Of a stretch of DNA of 64,000 bases, positions 1 to 14,439 are shown piece by piece. The DNA is from Octopus vulgaris. Taxonomy: Eukaryota. The position numbers and the translations under genes are program-made. Position 1 is the stretch's first letter, and every line of letters starts with the position of its first letter. The stretch covers positions 50,406,001 through 50,470,000 of the forward strand of contig OX597814.1 of assembly GCA_951406725.2 (NCBI GenBank), read 5' to 3'. A model generated the notes under the pieces. That model was not told the DNA's origin. It saw only the letters and a list, made by a program, of their open reading frames with translations, and did not search any database.

Positions 1-1131
1 TAACATGTTTCAGTTCCTGAAATGAACTTTATCAAAAAAAGTTATATATAAAAAAAGACAGCTCATGCCGTCAAACACAAGAAATTCATTTATAATACAC
101 AACGGAGTCAGACATCTTAGAGTTCATGTATAGTTGATATATAGTTCATGTATAGTTGATATATAGTTTGAAGTATATGTTCAAAGTGTTCGATGCAGTG
201 GCCCACGGTGGCGATACGTATTCAATACAAAAAACAGATCAAAGTGGTGGAAAGCGGTCAATACAGAAGATTGATGTTTCCGAAAGAGCGAGGAATTCAT
301 TTTTACCTTAAGCAAATGTGATGACCCATGGTGGATGTTCGCTGGGTGGTTCTAATGAGTTTTTGTGAAGTGCTCGGTTTTATAATGCTTGTTAGGTGGT
401 CAATCCAGCGTAGCGTGACGTCATCAACGTTTTGACCAATCGTTTCGTTAGGTGGCTTTAGTCAAGTAGAACGGGACGTCATCATTATTTTGACCAATCA
501 CTGCATTATAACTGCCTCTTGTTTGTTTCCTGTTTTGACCAGTCGCTTCGTTAGTCAAGCAGAACGGGACGTCATGCAGATTCTGCCCAATCACGACTTA
601 TAGCTACATTAGATCTGCCCCCTGTCTGTACTTGTTAGGTGACTATTCAAGCAGAAAAGGACGTCATCAATATTCTGACTAATGACTGTCCCCTGTTTGT
701 ATCCTGTCCATTCTAGCTGAGCTAGACGTCATCAACTTGTTGACCAATCAGAATCGGGTCTGACCCATAGCTGTATCGTATGTATCAGGGTCAGATTTGC
801 ACGAAAGAATTTTTTTCCTTTTTTACTTAGGCATATTTCCGTCAGAGTGAGTGTCTGTTTGAAGTAGCGGCCGTGGTGGAATTTTGCTTCTACTTTTCGG
901 AGGACTTATCTTTTGTTTTAGTATTCCTGGCCCAGGGTGTTTAAACTTGGTCTAAATTTTTTTATGAAATATAGTTCTTTATTTTGGCGTTGTGTGAAGG
1001 TTGCATTGTCACTGAATTTATAGAGCGGGTTAGTTGTAAATTTCGGATTTACATTTCCAGCACATCTATCTATGTGTCCGCTGACCGGTATTTTGCGGTA
1101 ATCAGGGTTTCTAATTTGTGATTTATGCACC
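1..1131 (-). mobile_element. 5'-truncated Penelope-like element: GIY-YIG endonuclease C-terminus plus 3' pLTR-like region (left boundary uncertain)
   Basis: ORF 918-1131 reads VHKSQIRNPDYRKIPVSGHIDRC...FTQRQNKELYFIKKFRPSLN, matching the PLE endonuclease end (H...H...E..I....P.LN). It abuts (TA)n at 1135-1149. Confidence 0.75.
416..748. promoter_or_regulatory. Array of five CRE/ATF-like + CCAAT modules in the PLE 3' region
   Basis: GACGTCAT at 417, 475, 568, 660 and 725, each followed after exactly 11 nt by CCAAT (CTAAT once). Function is inferred only. Confidence 0.55.
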
Positions 1132-2518
1132 GCCATATATATATATATAGACATCATACATGCACATAAATAAACGTATATATGAGTATGTGTATGTCGG
1201 TAGGTGGTGAATAATAAATGCAATAATAAAAAAAAGAAAACAAAAAATTAGCAGGAGAGACACATACGCGAAAACACACATATACATGCATACACTTGCA
1301 TACATACATACATACATACATACATACATACATACATACATACATTAATAAATCTTCGAGGCCCTACAAATGGTCAAGGGCACTGCCATCCCCCTGGCAT
1401 TTGACTATATTATTTCGGAAGTTTCAGTTATAGAACATGAGATTCTAACCATCATCATTTCAACATTTATTCTCACTCACTCACTCCGGCCTGGAAAATT
1501 GAAGGCAACTTTTACATAGTTTTTGCCTAACTTTAACTTGTCATAGCAATCTACATAAGAAAATTGATATGATTACTAAATGGAATTTAGGAAAAAATAT
1601 ACCTGGTTATGATATTGTATAAAGAGGTGATTAACAAATGTATCAAAGCTGATGTGATGGAATCTTCGTTCGTTCGATAAATTTGGTGTCTTGACATTAA
1701 GTAGACATTATCATTTCGTTTATTCGCATGAATCTACAATGTTCTCTTTGCAAGAAGTGTAGTATAATTTTTCATATCTCATGTTCTATATTCTTCTTGT
1801 TTGTATTTCTATTTGAATTATAAATTTGCTTATTTAATAGTGCCACTAGTTAAAAATCGATTTTGGTAAGTAATTTCAATGTTTAGGTTATCTGACAGAA
1901 CGACCTCAGCAGAAAATTGAATTGATGTCTAGGGAATAAAATAAGTTTTATTTTATACCATTAACAGTTAAGGCTAAGGTGCATCCTTAGATGTTAAGCT
2001 TATCAACCAATTGTTTCCATTTTGTCTAGCCAAGAAGTAACATTCACCTTCAAAATTGGAAAACATATGCATAATTTCTCGCTTTTCTCCAACAACAAAA
2101 TGGCTGAACCAACTCGAAATTGTGTTAAAATAATTCTTCGTAAACGTTGCTTTCCATTATACAGATGGCTTAATGTTTCTGAATTTTATTTGTAAATTAT
2201 CTTATATATTTTTTTTTTACTCTTCTGTATTTTCTTATTTCCTGTAATTTTTTTACAGTAGTTTTCAATTCACTTAGTTTTATGCTAACTTTAAAAAACA
2301 TTGTTTTTATCTAAATGTAGTCTATAAAAGAGTATTAAAATAAACAAAGCTTGAAATATACTGACAATTAAAATAACCAGCGGAAATCTTAGAATTCCTT
2401 GAATTTATACGGATGTGCGAATGCATTGAATATATCACAAATATATTTACTTTTGTCATTCTTTCATTGTGAGTTGTTCCTTGTAATAACACTTAACTGT
2501 TAATATTTTTATATATTA

Positions 2519-2730
2519 AGGCGGCGAGCTGGCAGAAACGTTAGCACGCCGGGCGAAATGCTTAGCGGTATTTTGTCTGTCTACTTTCTGAGTTCAAATT
2601 CCACCGAGGTCGACTTTGCCTTTCATCCTTCTGGGGTTGATAAATTAAGTACCAATTGCGTACTGGGGTCGATCTAATCGACTGGCCCCCTCCCCTAAAA
2701 TTTCGAGCCTTGTGTCTGGAGCAGAAAAGA
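2519..2730 (+). mobile_element. tRNA-derived SINE, family A
   Basis: Head GGCGGCGAGCTGGCAGAA, B-box GAGTTCAAAT, body GTCGACTTTGCCTTTCATCCTT..GATAAATTAAGTACC (resembles the Meta domain, from memory). About 11 copies in the window. Confidence 0.9.
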
Positions 2731-2756
2731 ATGTTTTTAAATATTATTTTTATATA

Positions 2757-2968
2757 AAGTGGTGAACTGGTAGACTCTTTACCGCCCTGGATGAAATGCT
2801 TAGCAGCGTTTCTTCCGACTATATGTTCCGAGTTCAATACTGTGGGATCGACCTCTGCCTTTCATCTTTTTGGAGTCGATAAAATAAGTACCAGTTGAAC
2901 ACTGGGGTCGATATAATCGATTTACTCCCTCGCTTGAATTTGTTGTCCTTGTGCCAATATTAGAAACT
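2757..2968 (+). mobile_element. SINE family A, diverged tandem copy
   Basis: Same head and body motifs as 2519-2730. Confidence 0.85.
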
Positions 2969-4199
2969 AATATTTTTTTTCTGTATTTATAATTAAAATG
3001 ATTCAATGACGAATTAAAATTCTTTGCTGTAGACATATATGATCAGTCTACTTTTGAAATGTTCTATTCCATGTATTATAAAGATTCGGATCTTGTGAAA
3101 ACTTGTTTTTTTTTAACTTATTTTTCTTCGGATTCTTCTCGAGTAAGCGTTGTACATCAAAAACACTAGGATTATCTTGTGAACATCGCAACTGTTAGAA
3201 TGCAGGATAACACTTAAATATCGATTAGATATGAATAAATCTCTGATAAAAGATATCCCCTATCAAATTTAGATCAAAAATTAGATCCGAAAATTATGTC
3301 TGCCAGTTTCTCAAATCTGCAGCTGCATATCAAAATTCGATGTAATTTTTACACTGCAAAAGTAATCTATGATAATATAGCCGATATGCATATATATCAC
3401 ACACTTTTGATCACCACCTAATCACCAAATGCAGAATCTATTAAACCATTACTATTACTATTACTGCACCACTCAAATTATCAGGCCACTGCATAATTAC
3501 GACTACCTACTACACATCCATATTCTACGCAACGCCTCTCCTTTCTCCAAAATCCAAGAACACTCCCTGTTAGCTAATTAGTTGGGGTTTTTGACTATTT
3601 AACGCAAACTCTCCAAGGCCTTAAATGTTGTTCATCATTGAAACGTAGTGACAGTTAGGCAGGTGGCAGAAATCAAAATTCTAGGTATGTACTTGGGCAT
3701 TCCTCGTACAACCAATGTTTATGAGTTCAAAATCATTTAAATTGCCTGTAACCTACGTATGTGTGCTGCAATGAAACTTACCTTGAACACTGCCTACAAT
3801 GCCTGGTAAAATCACATACTTCTAACAATTGAGACGTTTTTACTTCTTACTGCAATTCATGCAATTCTACCATACACCTCTGTATATCTTATAGTCTGCA
3901 ATTTTTCTCGCCTGCCCTATTGTGGCTTATTTTTCTTTTTCCTTCCCAAAAGAATTGCCACCAAGTTGCATATTTCTCTTATTGGCCACTCCTTAATTAT
4001 AATGGTTATATAAGCAATACATCCACCGATGTGTTGCTACCTGACAGCATTCAACTCCACAATGCCTAAAATGTGCAAAACTCCGTGAAAACGCTTTTTC
4101 GCCGTTCCATCAGTCTCACTATCACGTATGAAAAACCAAGCCAAGTCAAGTAGGAATGCCTCGACGCAGGAAACAAATCTTCCTCATAATATGTCCTAC

Positions 4200-4845
4200 A
4201 GTTCATATTGCGTAATTTAGTTCTAGACAATTATCTTAAAATCCAACAAAATAAATATCACTGAAAGATGCTGTGCCCTAAGTCTGCTCCGTTCGAATTG
4301 TCTAGCATAAACAACAACACGTTGTACGCACACAGCAAAGCTCCAGCAACACTTTCATGTACCTCTCCACGTAACTCATCACAACATATATATTAAACGC
4401 CAAATTCGAAAATACCAACTCAACAATAATCTACCATTAACTTTGGGTAAAACACTACTTTGAGTTTCAAACTCAAATACAGCAAGAAATATGATCCCAA
4501 CTCCAATTGTCATACCTTTTTCACATCAATCATTTCAAAAGTGAACACTCGTTTTCGTTCATTCTGGACGACACCAGTATGGCTTCTGTAAAATATTATC
4601 TACAGATCACCTACGTCACTCATCAGTTTTCAACCACCCTGAAGAAACTTGACGTAAACAATATATTCAGTAAAGAATTTGACCGTATATGATAGCAAAC
4701 CTCCTTTGTGGGCTTCATCCAATTTTCGCTTTTTATTTAAAAGCTTCTTGTGAAACCAATCCATCTTATTGGGTGCAAACAGGGATCCTTTTGACTCATA
4801 CTCCACTAATTTTAGTGATCTACGAATGCTTAGTTATGACAGCTA
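4200..4845 (+). pseudogene. Possible highly degraded PLE reverse transcriptase remnant
   Basis: Weak motifs only: DNYLKI, FILDDT (YIDD-like), ETNPSY. Many stops. Confidence 0.25.
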
Positions 4846-5139
4846 CTCTCTCTCTCTCTCTCTGTTGTTATCTCCATCTCTCTTTCTCTCTCTCTCTGTT
4901 GTTCTCTCCATCTCTCTTACTCTCTCTCTCTCTCTCTCTCTCAAGCAGCCTAGATACATCCAGTTGAACATGCACAGCTTTCACAAATAGCCTCTTTTTA
5001 GTCATTCTCTAATGGGGACTTGACAAAGTTTTCTCCTTCAAAAGACTCACTCACTACATATGTCATTAAAGCACCTCATCTGACCACGGACAACACACAA
5101 TGAAAAAATTCAAAATCACGACGAAAGATAGTTCCAATA

Positions 5140-6440
5140 AATTGTGATGATCTACCTCGTGTAGAAGATGCTTTCCGAGGACATGAAGCTGTGGCTGGAG
5201 CAAAGGTTAACAAGGACAAGTCCAACGGTTTGCGCGCCGGCACCTGGAGGAACAAGCCGATATCGTCCAGTGTCGTCGGACACTGGAAAGATGGTCTTGT
5301 TAAGTTGCTTGGAGTTTGGTTCGGTTCAGACTCCCAGACGGAGAAGAATTGGAGCGAGGTACTGGACAAGGCGAAGGGCCATAGTACGGAAGTGATCCGG
5401 AAAGTCTCTGTCCTTGAAGAGTAGAGCGGAGGTGGTGCAGATGTTTATAGCATCTGTAATCACCTACCGCCTGTCCGTCGTGCCTTGCTCCGATTCTTGG
5501 CTAAGCAAGCTGGAACGACTCATATTCCGCTTTCTGTGTTGAGGGGGAAAGCTACTTGTGAAGTGCTCCGTGTGCTGCCAGGAACCGCTAAAGGGTGGTC
5601 TGAGGATGCCCTGGCTAATGATGCGCAGACATGCGTTGAGGCCGAGACATCTCTGGTGCCACCTGGAGGGTGATAAGGTGTGGAGTCTGCTGGCAGAGGA
5701 ATTCTTGCCGCGGCCGGCCTCGTTGGAAAGATTTAAACCCGGTCTCATTAAAAGACGTGATCTGACTGAATGGCAGATGGAGTGTCGTCAAGGCACTCTG
5801 GCTAATCCACAGGACGGGCAAGGCTGGCTGCGGGAATACCACCTCGGTATTCTATAGAGGGCTGGTAGAAGGAAAAAACGACGACGTCTTAGGAAGGGCT
5901 CTGGAGTTCAATGAGAACCAACTTACCAACCTGTTCCGAAAAACCTTCAAGCCGGGGTATTTAGATAATTTCAAAAAATCCCTGGCTTGGCAGTGTTACA
6001 GGAATGCTTTACCTGTTCGCGATAAGTTATCTAGACACGGTATGGCAGTGCCACCGACGTGTCCAAGATGCGAGCAAGACAGTGAAACTGTCCAGCACGC
6101 TTTTGTACAGTGTCGGCAACTTTCCAGTTTGATAATTTATGTGGAACACGTGTTGTCGCATCTAAGACGAGTGCAACTGTCGGTTAGATCTATAATAAAG
6201 ATGATACCGCCAACTGGACTGCCGAAGGAAGGTGAGGCTTGTTTTCTCTGTACGGTAGGAGTGTTGAAAGAGTGTATATGGAGAACAAGAATGGAAGGCT
6301 TTGTGACAGGGTCCTACATATCCGGCCCTGGTTTGCTGGTTTACTTCAGATACCATCTAAAGAGCAAGATAGGGCTGGAAAAGAGGACCCTGTCAGTTAG
6401 AGTATATGAACAAAGTTGGAAGGAATATGAACAAAGATGG
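5140..6440 (+). mobile_element. Tx1/L1-clade LINE ORF2 remnant (RT C-terminus + zf-RVT), frameshifted
   Basis: GAKVNKDKS, VKLLGVWFG, PLKGGLRMP, and the CPRC-EQDSETVQH-AFVQC zinc knuckle. Confidence 0.85.
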
Positions 6441-6441
6441 A

Positions 6442-6745
6442 ATATAGATTTCCAACAAACAGGATACTCCATTATAATTTGCTAAAAAATTATAATGGAG
6501 TATCCTTATGTTGGAAGTCTATATGGTCGTACGCATCCGAGGAGAGCGGTTTATTTCAAACTGATGTAATGTTTGCATTGATCGATTGGATGGAGCCGCT
6601 TGAAACAGCCGTATTGCATTGATACCTGGACATACTTGTTACTTATTTTCTTTTCATTCACCTAACTTCGAGTTGTGCGCATAATACTGGACAGACTTCG
6701 TGCCTCAACTTAAGTCCCTAATTCAACTGAATCTTAATTATTTCA
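6442..6745 (+). mobile_element. Non-coding PLE pLTR-like fragment with 5' fold-back and HHR
   Basis: Inverted repeat 6442-6480/6487-6524, then an HHR, ending at (TA)n. Confidence 0.6.
6533..6617 (+). ncRNA. Type I hammerhead ribozyme motif
   Basis: GCAT-CCGAGGA-GAGCGG...CCGCTT-GAAAC-AGCC-GTA-TTGC. Stem II has 6 bp; stem I has a T-T mismatch next to the core. Confidence 0.65.
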
Positions 6746-7157
6746 TATATATATATATATGTGTATGTATGTATGCATGTATGTATGTATGTATGTATGT
6801 ATGTATGTATGTATGTATGTATGTATGTATGTATGTATGTATGTATGTATGACTATATAAGATAATCAGTTTCTAGTAAATAATACAGTTAAGAATACTA
6901 CCAAACAGAATTCATAAAGAGACCATAATAATATATAGTAGCAAGAACGAAGCAAAAATGAGGTGGAGAAGATTAATACAATATACAAAGAATAATTTTT
7001 AAAATGAAGAGAGTTTAAAATGAAGATCTTCTCGTAAACATAATATGAAAAATTGGGTAGAAAAGTTTTCTGGAATTTTCATAACTGAATATGATATTAG
7101 TACTAAAGCTCTGGACTGGAAAGGCAGATGGAAGTTGCAATATTTAATATATTCTGT

Positions 7158-7380
7158 AAGGCGGTGAACTTGCAGAATCGTTAGCACGCCAGGCTGAATG
7201 CTTATCGGTATTTCGTTTGTTTTTACGTTATGGGCTCAAATACAGCTGAGGTCGACTTTGTCTTTCATCCTCTCGGGGTCGACAAAGTAAATACCAGTTG
7301 AACACTGAGGTCAATGTGATCGACTTAGCCACCCTCCCACTCCCAAAATTGTTGGCCTTGGGTCAAAATTTGAAACGAAT
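7158..7380 (+). mobile_element. SINE family A
   Basis: GGCGGTGAACTTGCAGAATCGTTAGC head and conserved body. Confidence 0.85.
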
Positions 7381-7572
7381 ATCAAGGTATTCTAGCGATT
7401 TATTCTCAAGGAAATGATTTACAAGTTTTGTTTTTCTCTCGTTCACGTAAGGATAAACAACAATTCTTCAAGGCTTAGGTCGCACCTTACCTTTCCTACA
7501 TCATAAGGCATATTTGGTTCCAAAATAAACTTACTTAAGGAGGTTGAGCTTTCCTTATTCCTTTATCTAAAT

Positions 7573-8239
7573 CAGTGATTGTCAATCATTTTTTTTTACC
7601 TATGGACCCCTTTGATTCCTATTTTATTCTGATGGACCCTCAAAGCCATTCGAAGTTGAAAAAATCCTACTGTATTTATATACTCTTTTACTCTTTTACT
7701 TGTTTCAGTCATTTGACTGCGGCCATGCTGGAGCACCGCCTTTAGTCGAGCAAATCGACCCCAGGACTTATTCTTTGTAAGCCTAGTACTTATTCTATCG
7801 GTCTATTTACCCGAACCGCTATGTTACGGGGACATAAACACACGAGCATCGGTTGTCAAGCGATGTTGGGGAGACAAACACAGACACACAAACATATAGA
7901 CACACATACCTATATGTATACATATATACGACGGGCTTTTTGCAGTTTCCGTCTACCAAATCCACTCACAAGGCTTTTGTCGGCCCGAGGCTATAGTAGA
8001 AGACACTTGCCCAAGGTGCCACACAGTGGGACTGAATCCGGAACCGTGTGGTTGGTAAGCAAGCTACTTACCACACAGCCACTCCTGCGCATATATTAAA
8101 TAATATTAAGGATTATATTAAAACATCGTTCAAATATTTTGTGTGTTGTAAAAATATAACCAGTTTCTAATATAAATTTTAGCAGCAAAATCTTATATGG
8201 ACCGCTAAGTGTCACGTGGACCCCAATTGAGAACCAATG
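7573..8239. mobile_element. hAT (Charlie-like) MITE interrupted by a SINE
   Basis: Ends CAGTGATTGTCAA / TTGAGAACCAATG; 8-bp TSD-like ATCTAAAT / ATTTAAAT. Confidence 0.7.
7682..8090 (-). mobile_element. tRNA-derived SINE, family B (bipartite, central microsatellite)
   Basis: Head GCGCAGGAGTGGCTGTGTGGTAAG, then CCTTGGGCAAGTGTC, tail CAGTCAAATGACTGAAACAAGTAAAAGAGTAAAAGA. Confidence 0.9.
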
Positions 8240-8849
8240 ATTTAAATGATTAAGCGCGGTTATAAAATCAAGATTTAAAGCCGGTTGTGCAAGCTCGTAT
8301 GTAAGAGTGAATCATTTCTGTATCTACCGAGAATCTATAAACTAAATTTTTCCTGAGGCATTGGTAATCCTACGGACACTTTTTAGCATCTCTAGAATTG
8401 CACAACCGTTTGAATATATTATTAAAAGGTTTGATAGTGCAGTATTTTATATTTGAACTATTATAACTGGTAATTGTTGAACCAGCAGTCCTAACAGTTA
8501 AGTGAGTCACCAGAGATTTATTGGTATTGCTCCCGGTATCTTCTTATTATCACTAGTACTATTACTACGGCGATTAACATTATCAATATTATTGCCATAG
8601 TTTCTAATATTAGTATAGTCATTCCTATAGTTTCTTTATCAATTTTGTTTCTACTTTTCTTATGCGTATTATTTACTGGAAACTGATCATCTTAACATAT
8701 AGTGAATTGTTCTTTCTGTTTAAATAATTCAGCAAATTTTCTGTCATCTTTTATCATAATATTTAACTCCTTTCTCTCTACTAACATTTCAAAATCTAGT
8801 AGCACTTTTCAATAGTGTCTCCTGTTGTCGGTAACAATCCTGTATAATA

Positions 8850-8985
8850 TATTATGTCTGTGTTTCTGCTTGTATTTGTCCCCACACCATTGTTTGACAA
8901 CCGATGTTGGTGTGTTTACGTCCCCGTAACCTAGTGGTTCAGCAATGAAACCGATTGGATAAGTACCAGGCTTACAAAGAAAGTA
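8850..8985 (+). mobile_element. SINE family B, 3' half fragment
   Basis: TTGACAACCGATGTTGGTGTGTTTACGTCCCCGTAAC...AAGTACCAGGCTTACAAAG. Confidence 0.8.
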
Positions 8986-9132
8986 CGTGGACATTCCGGT
9001 CTCCGACTGAAGAGGCAATTGGCTGCGAATGGTCCGTGTTTTGTTCTATTTGCCGTTGTCGTGCTAGCGTCCTTTCTTCCGCATGTTGTGTTTTGACGGT
9101 TTCCGTTTGTTGTATTTTTTCTGTTCTACCTT

Positions 9133-9177
<45 letters not shown>

Positions 9178-9609
9178 AACGTATATATGTAATATAGATA
9201 CACACGTTTACATATGAGTGTGTGTGTGTGTGTGTGTATAGGGATGGATAGATAGATAGATAATATTAATGTAATATTTGAGGATGAGAACCCACGCCTA
9301 GAAATATGCAGTATTATATAAACATATGTATTCACGTTCGTGTATAATAAACATACATATATCTACGCATACGCATACACACTAACAAAGACATGTTAAT
9401 ACGCATTTATAGACATAGATATGAATACAAAAATATATAAATTAGATAACTCACACTCATATATATATAGATACGTAAATACACACATACTTAGACATAC
9501 ATTTATATGCTTATAGGAACACGTGTACGAAGGCGAATTTATAGAGAGACACTCACGCACACACATTTCTTTCTTCCTTCTTTCTTCTTTCTTCCCTCTT
9601 CCTTTTTTC

Positions 9610-11030
9610 AACTCTGCTTTTACAACTGTGTCACTCCAGAGGACTGGAAAATTGCCAGTGTCGTCCCCCTGTTCAAAAAAGTTGATCGCACATCAACTGT
9701 CAACTACCGTCCAGTCAGCCTTACTAGCTGCATCGCCAAATTGATGGAGTCCTGTGTCAGAGAAACACTCTGGAAATTTTGGAGCTCTCACAACCTTATT
9801 CGACCCTCACAATTTGGTTTTATCCCTAACTCCAGCTGCTATAGTCAACTCATCGTGTTTCTTGAGGACATCACCCGAGTTACTCATGGCGGCTCGTGGG
9901 TGGATGCTGTCTGCCTTGATTTTGCCACACAAACGACTTATAGTAAAACTCTCTGCAATGGATGTAAAGGACGATCTCTATAACTGGCTGAAGTGCTTCA
10001 ATCTAGGTCGGAAAAAGGTATATACGGTTCTAGGACATCATTCTTCACCCTATAGATGATTTCTGGTGTACCACAGACCACAGGGATCCGTTCTTGGACC
10101 CTTACTGTCTGCTGCATGTATTAATGATATAGATCCCAACTTGAGGAATGTTACGGAGCTGAAATATGCAGATGACACCAAGCTGTACCTCGAAATAAAA
10201 AGAACAGATCCTATGCGCTATAGATCTCTCTTGCAATCTGGATACAATGCAGCAATGGATCTTTGACTGGCAGCTCAAGCTAGCTATGGACAAGTGCGTC
10301 ACCATGGATTTTGGGGGGAAAAATCCAGCCTTTACATAATCTCAAGAAGTTTTGTAGCGGACGTGATCTGGGCATTATTGTAAACAACTATCTGCGTTGG
10401 ACAAACCACATCTCTAACATTGTCAAGAAGGCTGAGGGGGTGCTAGCACCACTCTGTAAGACCTTTGTCAGCCGCCCCCCAGCTATCTATTTAAAATTGT
10501 TTTCAACAATGGTACGTCCACAATTTGAATTTGCATCACGTGTCTGGAACCCCTATCTTGCTCAGCATATATATATCTCCTGGAAACTGTTCAGAAACGT
10601 GCAACCAAACGAATACCCGCCGTCAGACATCTGCCATACTTTGAACGTCTTGCTACCCTGGGCATGGATACATTGAAACCCAGACGTGTGGCATCTGACT
10701 TGGTAGACACCCACAAGATTATCCACCATCTTTCCAGCAACAACGTTGGGCACCTTTTTGAATTCCATATGACAAATACTCGCGAACATGCTTGTGAAAT
10801 CAAAAAACAACACAGCACCCATGTCTTTCGGAAAGATTTTTTCACGCTGAGATTTGCTAAAGCATGTAATAAACTATCCGCATCAGTTGTTAGCTGTTGA
10901 GACATCCTTCAAAAAGCTTCCATGCTTCCTGAAATCTGCTAACAGTACACCTGATGGTCTTTCTTTTCTTTTTTTTTTTATATATTTGTAGTGCACCTGA
11001 GCACTGTATACAACACTTTTCTTCATTATT
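9610..11030 (+). mobile_element. CR1-clade LINE, 5'-truncated, frameshifted RT
   Basis: PEDWKIASVVPLFKK, NYRPVSLTS, QFGF, PQGSVLGPLL, YADDTKLY, RDLGI, VRPQFEFASRVWNP, FFTLR. Confidence 0.9.
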
Positions 11031-11551
11031 ATATATATATATAAATTTTACTATCATATATCTGAATTAAATGTATTTGTCAAGTCTTACCAAACGGCAT
11101 GCCTTTTCATTTCCATTTCAATCTATACCTATCTGCTCAAGGAGAAGCCATTCCTAGCCGCTTCTGAAAAGGAGTCTCAACATCACATGTTCAACTGCGA
11201 CTCAAACCGAAGTTTTAGTGGCTTTTAGTGGTGCATACTTTTTAGTTTAGATCACCTGACGAAAACTCCTTGTATACTTTATATAAAATGTCTATGTATT
11301 CAAAAGGTTTCCGAAATAAACATGCGCTTCACTTTAATAGCTTCGATGGAGCTCTAGGATGTAGCACAGGCATTCAGCTCTTAATGCACGACTTCTTACA
11401 CCTGAAACAGCTGTAAGATGTTGAACTTGATTACGTGATTCCTCTTTCTTTGTCCTTCATTAATTAATGGTATGCTCTATGAAGGAGGTGAGCTGGCAGA
11501 ATATATAAGGTATATATATAAATCTATGTATCAGAATATATAAATCTATAA

Positions 11552-11720
11552 AGGCGGCGAGCTGGCACACCGGACAAAATGCTTCGCGGCATTTCGTCCT
11601 TTGCGTTTTGAGATCAAATTCCGTCGATGTCCATTTTTGTCTTTTATCCTTTTCGGGTCGCTGTAATCGGCTTACCCTCTCCTCCTGAAATTGCTGGCCA
11701 TGTGCCAAAATTTGAAATCA
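11552..11720 (+). mobile_element. SINE family A, internally deleted
   Basis: Head and body motifs; an extra head fragment near 11484. Confidence 0.8.
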
Positions 11721-11810
11721 ATATTATACTCTGTATTCATACGTTTATGAGGTGGTGTGTATTTGTGTATGTATAATGCGCACGTACGTATGTAAGTATG
11801 TATGTATATA

Positions 11811-12520
<710 letters not shown>

Positions 12521-12952
12521 ATAAATGTATGTATGCATCTATGTATGTATGTATGTATGTATGTATGTATGTATGTATGTATGTATGTATGTTTGTATGT
12601 ATGTATGTATGTATGTATGTATTTATGTATGTAACTAAGTCGTGTGTCAGTATACGTTCAGAAATGTATATTAGGTAATTGAAGAAAGTAAAATTGAGAA
12701 AACTAACAGGAAAAATATATAATAAGAGTACCATGAGATTACCATGGAACATAAGTTGCTACAAGAGATAAAGTGGAAGTGGAGTAATGTATGACCTCTA
12801 CCACTTACATAAAAAGTGCAAGAGAAGGCGTCCCTGCTATCAAGATAGTTATATTGAGTACTAAAACATATGAGGCTGTTGATTATAAACGAATTGATTG
12901 AAATAATAGGAAGGAGAAAGAATATAGATTTTTTTCCTATAATGGTTATAGA

Positions 12953-12953
12953 C

Positions 12954-13026
<73 letters not shown>

Positions 13027-13072
13027 CATACATACATACATACATACATACATACATACATACATACATACA

Positions 13073-13104
<32 letters not shown>

Positions 13105-13230
13105 CATACATATATACATACATATATGCATACATATATATACATACATATATACATACATATAGACATACATATATGCATACATGTATATATGCACATA
13201 CACACACACATACATACATACATACATACA

Positions 13231-13262
<32 letters not shown>

Positions 13263-13470
13263 CATACATACATATATGCATACATGTATATATACGCATA
13301 CACACACATACATACACACATACATATATACATACACACATACATACATACTTACATACATATATACATACATACGTACGTACATACGATCTATGTATGT
13401 TTGTATGTATGTGTGTCTATGTATGTATGTATGTATGTATGTATGTATGTATGTATGTATGTATGTATGC
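12953..13470. repeat. Compound (GATA)n/(CATA)n/(TATG)n microsatellite
   Basis: Directly visible. Confidence 0.95.
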
Positions 13471-14439
13471 GTGTGTATTTCTCTCTCTCCCTCTATATCG
13501 ATATGTGAGAAAGACAGAGAGAGAGACGGTACAAATACTGTGGAGAAAATATATAACCACACACAAAACGATAAACAAACAAGCACTAATAAAGATAACA
13601 AAACCAAAATAAAAATTAAAAATAAAATAAAAATCAATGAATAAGAAGGAAAGAAATGAGGAGAGAAAAGAAAGAGAAATGAAAAGTAAACCTAAACAGA
13701 GAAAGTGGGCGATTATGATGGAGGTAGGGTGTGAGAAATAAAGCACAACCAAAGCCAACACCATCAGAACTAAACGCCCCTTCCTCACCAATGCAGAAAA
13801 GTAAAAAAACAAACATAGAACCTAAAACGTAGAATTAAATATATAACAAAAGACCACATCATGCATAAAATCTAACGAAGAGAAAATTAAAACTAAGATA
13901 CTTTGTTAAACATGAATTCCCTTTGGACGTCATTCCAACACTTTTGGGATCTATTTTTGTGCTTTATATTACAGTTTTTATAGCTTTATAGTTATATCTC
14001 CTGTCTGAAATATTATTTCTGCTAGGGAGTGTTTGTGTGTCTATGCATTTATATATATATGTTTGTGCGCACACGTCAGTGTGTATGTATGTGTGTGTGT
14101 ATACTTACATGTATCTTTGTGTACGCATCCGTATGTATATAAGTATATAATACACACACACATACACATTCACGGGCAACATACAGAGGCAGTTCCATGT
14201 AGTGCTTGAGAGATGGGTGTGTTGCCAGTATTTGTTGTTGTTATTGCTGTTGTTGTTGTTTAGCCCAAGGTCATCTCTGACCACGCAGACACATGGTCCA
14301 AAAGTATTCTACTCATGAGGAGCACGTCTTTTCTCTGACTGAATTTGGTCTAGTTGTATAACGCCAGTCTCATTCATGGAAGTTATGGCTGCTATTTCTA
14401 GCGATTCAAGCAACAACGATAGTCAATGGTATTACTCTT

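Noticed and set aside
1-80. HHR on the minus strand (GAAACATGTTA)
   Set aside because: The CTGANGA core is missing and the motif is cut by the window edge.
9001-9062. HHR at CTGAAGAGGCAA
   Set aside because: No GAAA after the possible stem II; at best a decayed remnant.
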